DNA of 64,000 nucleotides from an uncultured Moraxellaceae bacterium (lineage in GTDB: Bacteria > Pseudomonadota > Gammaproteobacteria > Pseudomonadales > Moraxellaceae). Shown one piece after another: positions 61,842 through 64,000 of the stretch; positions within the stretch are counted from its first letter, which is position 1, and every line of letters begins with the position of its first letter. The notes under the pieces are model-generated. The model saw nothing but the letters and a program-made list of their open reading frames with translations, was not told the DNA's origin and ran no database searches. The stretch covers positions 4,418 through 68,417 of the forward strand of contig CAMTYC010000030.1 in NCBI GenBank assembly GCA_947085865.1. The letters run 5' to 3'. A program made the position numbers and the translations under genes.

Positions 61842-63071
61842 ATGATTGAATTTTTTCAGGCCTTTTATGAACGTCCTGACTTCTGGTTTCTTGCTGCAAT
61901 TCCTTTTGTAGCTTCATTTGTTGGTTGGTTCACAAACTGGATCGCCATCAAAATGACTTTTTGGCCACTAGAGTTTATTGGCTACAAGCCACTACTGTTG
62001 GGCTGGCAAGGCATTATTCCGAGCAAAGCTGGCAAAATGGCCGCCATCGTAGTGGATAACTCGCTGTCTAAACTGGCGTCATTAAGTGAGCTTTTTCAGG
62101 AGATGGAGCCTGAGAAAATTGCCGAGCAAATTTCTTACTCGATTACTTCACGTATTGAAGAATACGTTGATGAAATCATGACGGAACGCAATGCGGTGCT
62201 GTGGGAAAACCTGCCACTGATGGTAAAAAATCGCATTTATGCGCGGGCGCGTCGCCAGATTCCAGAGATCATGGACAATGTCGTTGATGACATGGCACAG
62301 AATATTGAGCAGCTGATTGACCTTAAAACCATGGTCGTGCGCATGATGGTAGCTGATAAAAGTCTTGTCGTTCGTATCTTTAAAGAAGTGGGTGATAAAG
62401 AGCTCAAATTTGTCGTTAACTCAGGTGCTTATTTTGGTTTTTTATTTGGCTTAATTCAGCTTGCTGTTTATTCATACTATCCGGCAAATTGGGTGCTGCC
62501 GTTCTTTGGTTTTATAGTCGGCTGGGCCACAAACTGGTTAGCACTTAATGTTATTTTCCGACCTATAGATCCGATCAAGATTGGGCCGTTTGTCATTCAT
62601 GGCTTGTTCATGAAGCGCAAAGCGGAAGTGGCCGATAAGTTTTCTGAAATTAGCACTATTGAAATCGTCAACTTACAAAATATGATGATTGAAGTGATGA
62701 CTGGGCCACGTTCATATCGCACCAAGGCAATCATTAAGAAGCACTTACGACCATTATTAGACTCAGGTGTTGTGCGTACTGCTATTCAAATTAGTATTGG
62801 CGCTGAAGGTTTTGCCGACTTGAAAAACCTAGTTGCTGACCGTGCGGTTGATATGTCCCTAGGCTCGATGTCAGAGCAGGGCTTTAGTCGTGAGCGCTCA
62901 ACCATTATTCACCGTATTTTTAGCCGCCGTATGGTGGCAATGAGTAATGAGGAATTTCAGGAGCTACTTCGCCCAGCCTTTAAAGAGGATGAATGGATTT
63001 TGATTCTGCTTGGTGCAGTCTTGGGTGCAATGGCAGGCTTTGGTCAGCTGGCAATCATTTTAAATTTATAA
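61842..63071 (+). CDS. DUF445-family membrane protein
   Basis: Repeated VGWFTNWIAIKMTFWP / VGWATNWLALNVIFRP, GWQGIIP, C-terminal EDEWILILLGAVLG. Confidence 0.85.
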   Translation: MIEFFQAFYERPDFWFLAAIPFVASFVGWFTNWIAIKMTFWPLEFIGYKPLLLGWQGIIPSKAGKMAAIVVDNSLSKLASLSELFQEMEPEKIAEQISYSITSRIEEYVDEIMTERNAVLWENLPLMVKNRIYARARRQIPEIMDNVVDDMAQNIEQLIDLKTMVVRMMVADKSLVVRIFKEVGDKELKFVVNSGAYFGFLFGLIQLAVYSYYPANWVLPFFGFIVGWATNWLALNVIFRPIDPIKIGPFVIHGLFMKRKAEVADKFSEISTIEIVNLQNMMIEVMTGPRSYRTKAIIKKHLRPLLDSGVVRTAIQISIGAEGFADLKNLVADRAVDMSLGSMSEQGFSRERSTIIHRIFSRRMVAMSNEEFQELLRPAFKEDEWILILLGAVLGAMAGFGQLAIILNL

Positions 63072-63099
63072 TCTGTTTTGTTTTATAGGGTGAGGGTTT

Positions 63100-63504
63100 A
63101 TGTCAGATCAATCAAAATTAGATGCACGCGGACGCGCTAAGCTGGCACCGACGAAAGATTTGCGTAAATACACACAGCAAATTTGGTTGGCGGGCTTGGG
63201 TGCTTTTTCGCGCGCAGAAGAAGAGGGCGGTAAGTTATTTGATAACTTGGTCAAAGTCGGCGAAGAGTTGGAAAATAAAACGCGTGAAATTGCTGACGTA
63301 ACTGCGCATGATCTTAAAGACAAAGTCATTGAGAAAGCATCAGACACGCGTGAAAAAGTTGAGCGCGCAATTGACGACCGTTTGCATAGCACCTTGGGTC
63401 GCTTAGGAATTCCTTCCCAGAAAGATTTCGAATCCCTTAGTGAGCGTATGGATCAGCTCACTAAGGTCATCGAGCAATTAGCTGAACAGCTGAAAAAACG
63501 CTAA
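63100..63504 (+). CDS. phasin-family granule-associated protein (PhaI/PhaF N-domain type)
   Basis: QIWLAGLGAF, EEGGKLFDNLVKVGEELE, RLGIPSQKD plus C-terminal coiled coil; no AAKP tail. Confidence 0.88.
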   Translation: MSDQSKLDARGRAKLAPTKDLRKYTQQIWLAGLGAFSRAEEEGGKLFDNLVKVGEELENKTREIADVTAHDLKDKVIEKASDTREKVERAIDDRLHSTLGRLGIPSQKDFESLSERMDQLTKVIEQLAEQLKKR

Positions 63505-64000
63505 CTTTTTAAGTTAGCGTAATGCTCAAAAATCTCTGCCAAACTGATGTCAGGCGTGTAGTTAAATGTACGCTGAAATAAGCGGCCATCAATGGTGGTC
63601 GCGTATTTAAAGTAATCTAATAGGAATAGTGGGAAATAGCGCATATCCAGCTTTTTAACCACCGCTCTGCAGAGTGACTCCGGGATTGAGGGTATAGGCA
63701 GAATTTTGCAACCACTCATGCGGAGAGCATCTTGAAACGCCACACAGTCATCACTGGCTAAATTGTAAATGCCGGGTTTGTCACCTTGGTAGGCCAGCAC
63801 AATAGCCTTAGCGGCATCATTGACATGAATAAACTGCATCAGGGGTGAAAAACCCATCAGCGCCGGTGAGCGTAGTTGGCTCAGTAGATGGCTCATACTG
63901 TTGTTGATACCGGGGCCAACAATATTACAGGGGCGAAGCAGAGTGGTGCGGAGTTGTGGGTATTTCCACAAATGAATCATGACCAAGTTTTCAAGTTCAA
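63501..64000 (-). CDS. NAD-dependent epimerase/dehydratase family protein (5' part outside the window)
   Basis: LRPCNIVGP, MQFIHVNDAA, GIYNLA extended-SDR motifs; frame stays open to the window edge. Confidence 0.85.
   Translation of the reverse strand, partial: ELENLVMIHLWKYPQLRTTLLRPCNIVGPGINNSMSHLLSQLRSPALMGFSPLMQFIHVNDAAKAIVLAYQGDKPGIYNLASDDCVAFQDALRMSGCKILPIPSIPESLCRAVVKKLDMRYFPLFLLDYFKYATTIDGRLFQRTFNYTPDISLAEIFEHYANLKS

Overview
Gene-dense core chromosomal window of a gammaproteobacterium. Protein style and gene content (Acinetobacter-like GltA, AlmA-like monooxygenase, gpsA-sixA, but also fabAB and ccm genes) suggest a free-living Moraxellaceae such as Perlucidibaca/Paraperlucidibaca; this is an inference. 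Contents in order: (fabZ end)-lpxA-lpxB-rnhB-dnaE-accA-tilS; a cold-shock gene; a three-gene block (DUF2459-like lipoprotein, GGCT, hydrolase); an AlmA-like monooxygenase; fabA-fabB; ccmF-G-H-I; adk-hemH-yoaA-tsaB-thioesterase-uppP-rsmJ; plsB/tesB/patatin; an ABC permease+ATPase pair with no binding protein; a MaoC/FabG4-like/thiolase trio; FKBP; bfd-bfr with a Fur box; gltA-sdhCDAB-sucAB-lpdA-sucCD; slyD; a DUF3015-DUF4105 pair; htpG with a sigma32 promoter; gpsA-sixA; and SCP2-like/DUF445/phasin/epimerase genes. I saw no rRNA, tRNA, CRISPR, transposase, integrase or phage genes, and no clear-cut novel system. The best leads are a ferrochelatase with a six-cysteine C-terminal tail, the DUF3015-DUF4105 pair (candidate outer-membrane papain-like enzyme plus partner), AlmA leader elements, a mycobacterial-type htdX-fabG4-fadA2 module, a phasin cluster without phaC, and a degenerate MBL-fold protein after bfr. 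Family assignments come from recognised motifs, not database searches. Several starts were moved from the ORF track to the codon with the better RBS.
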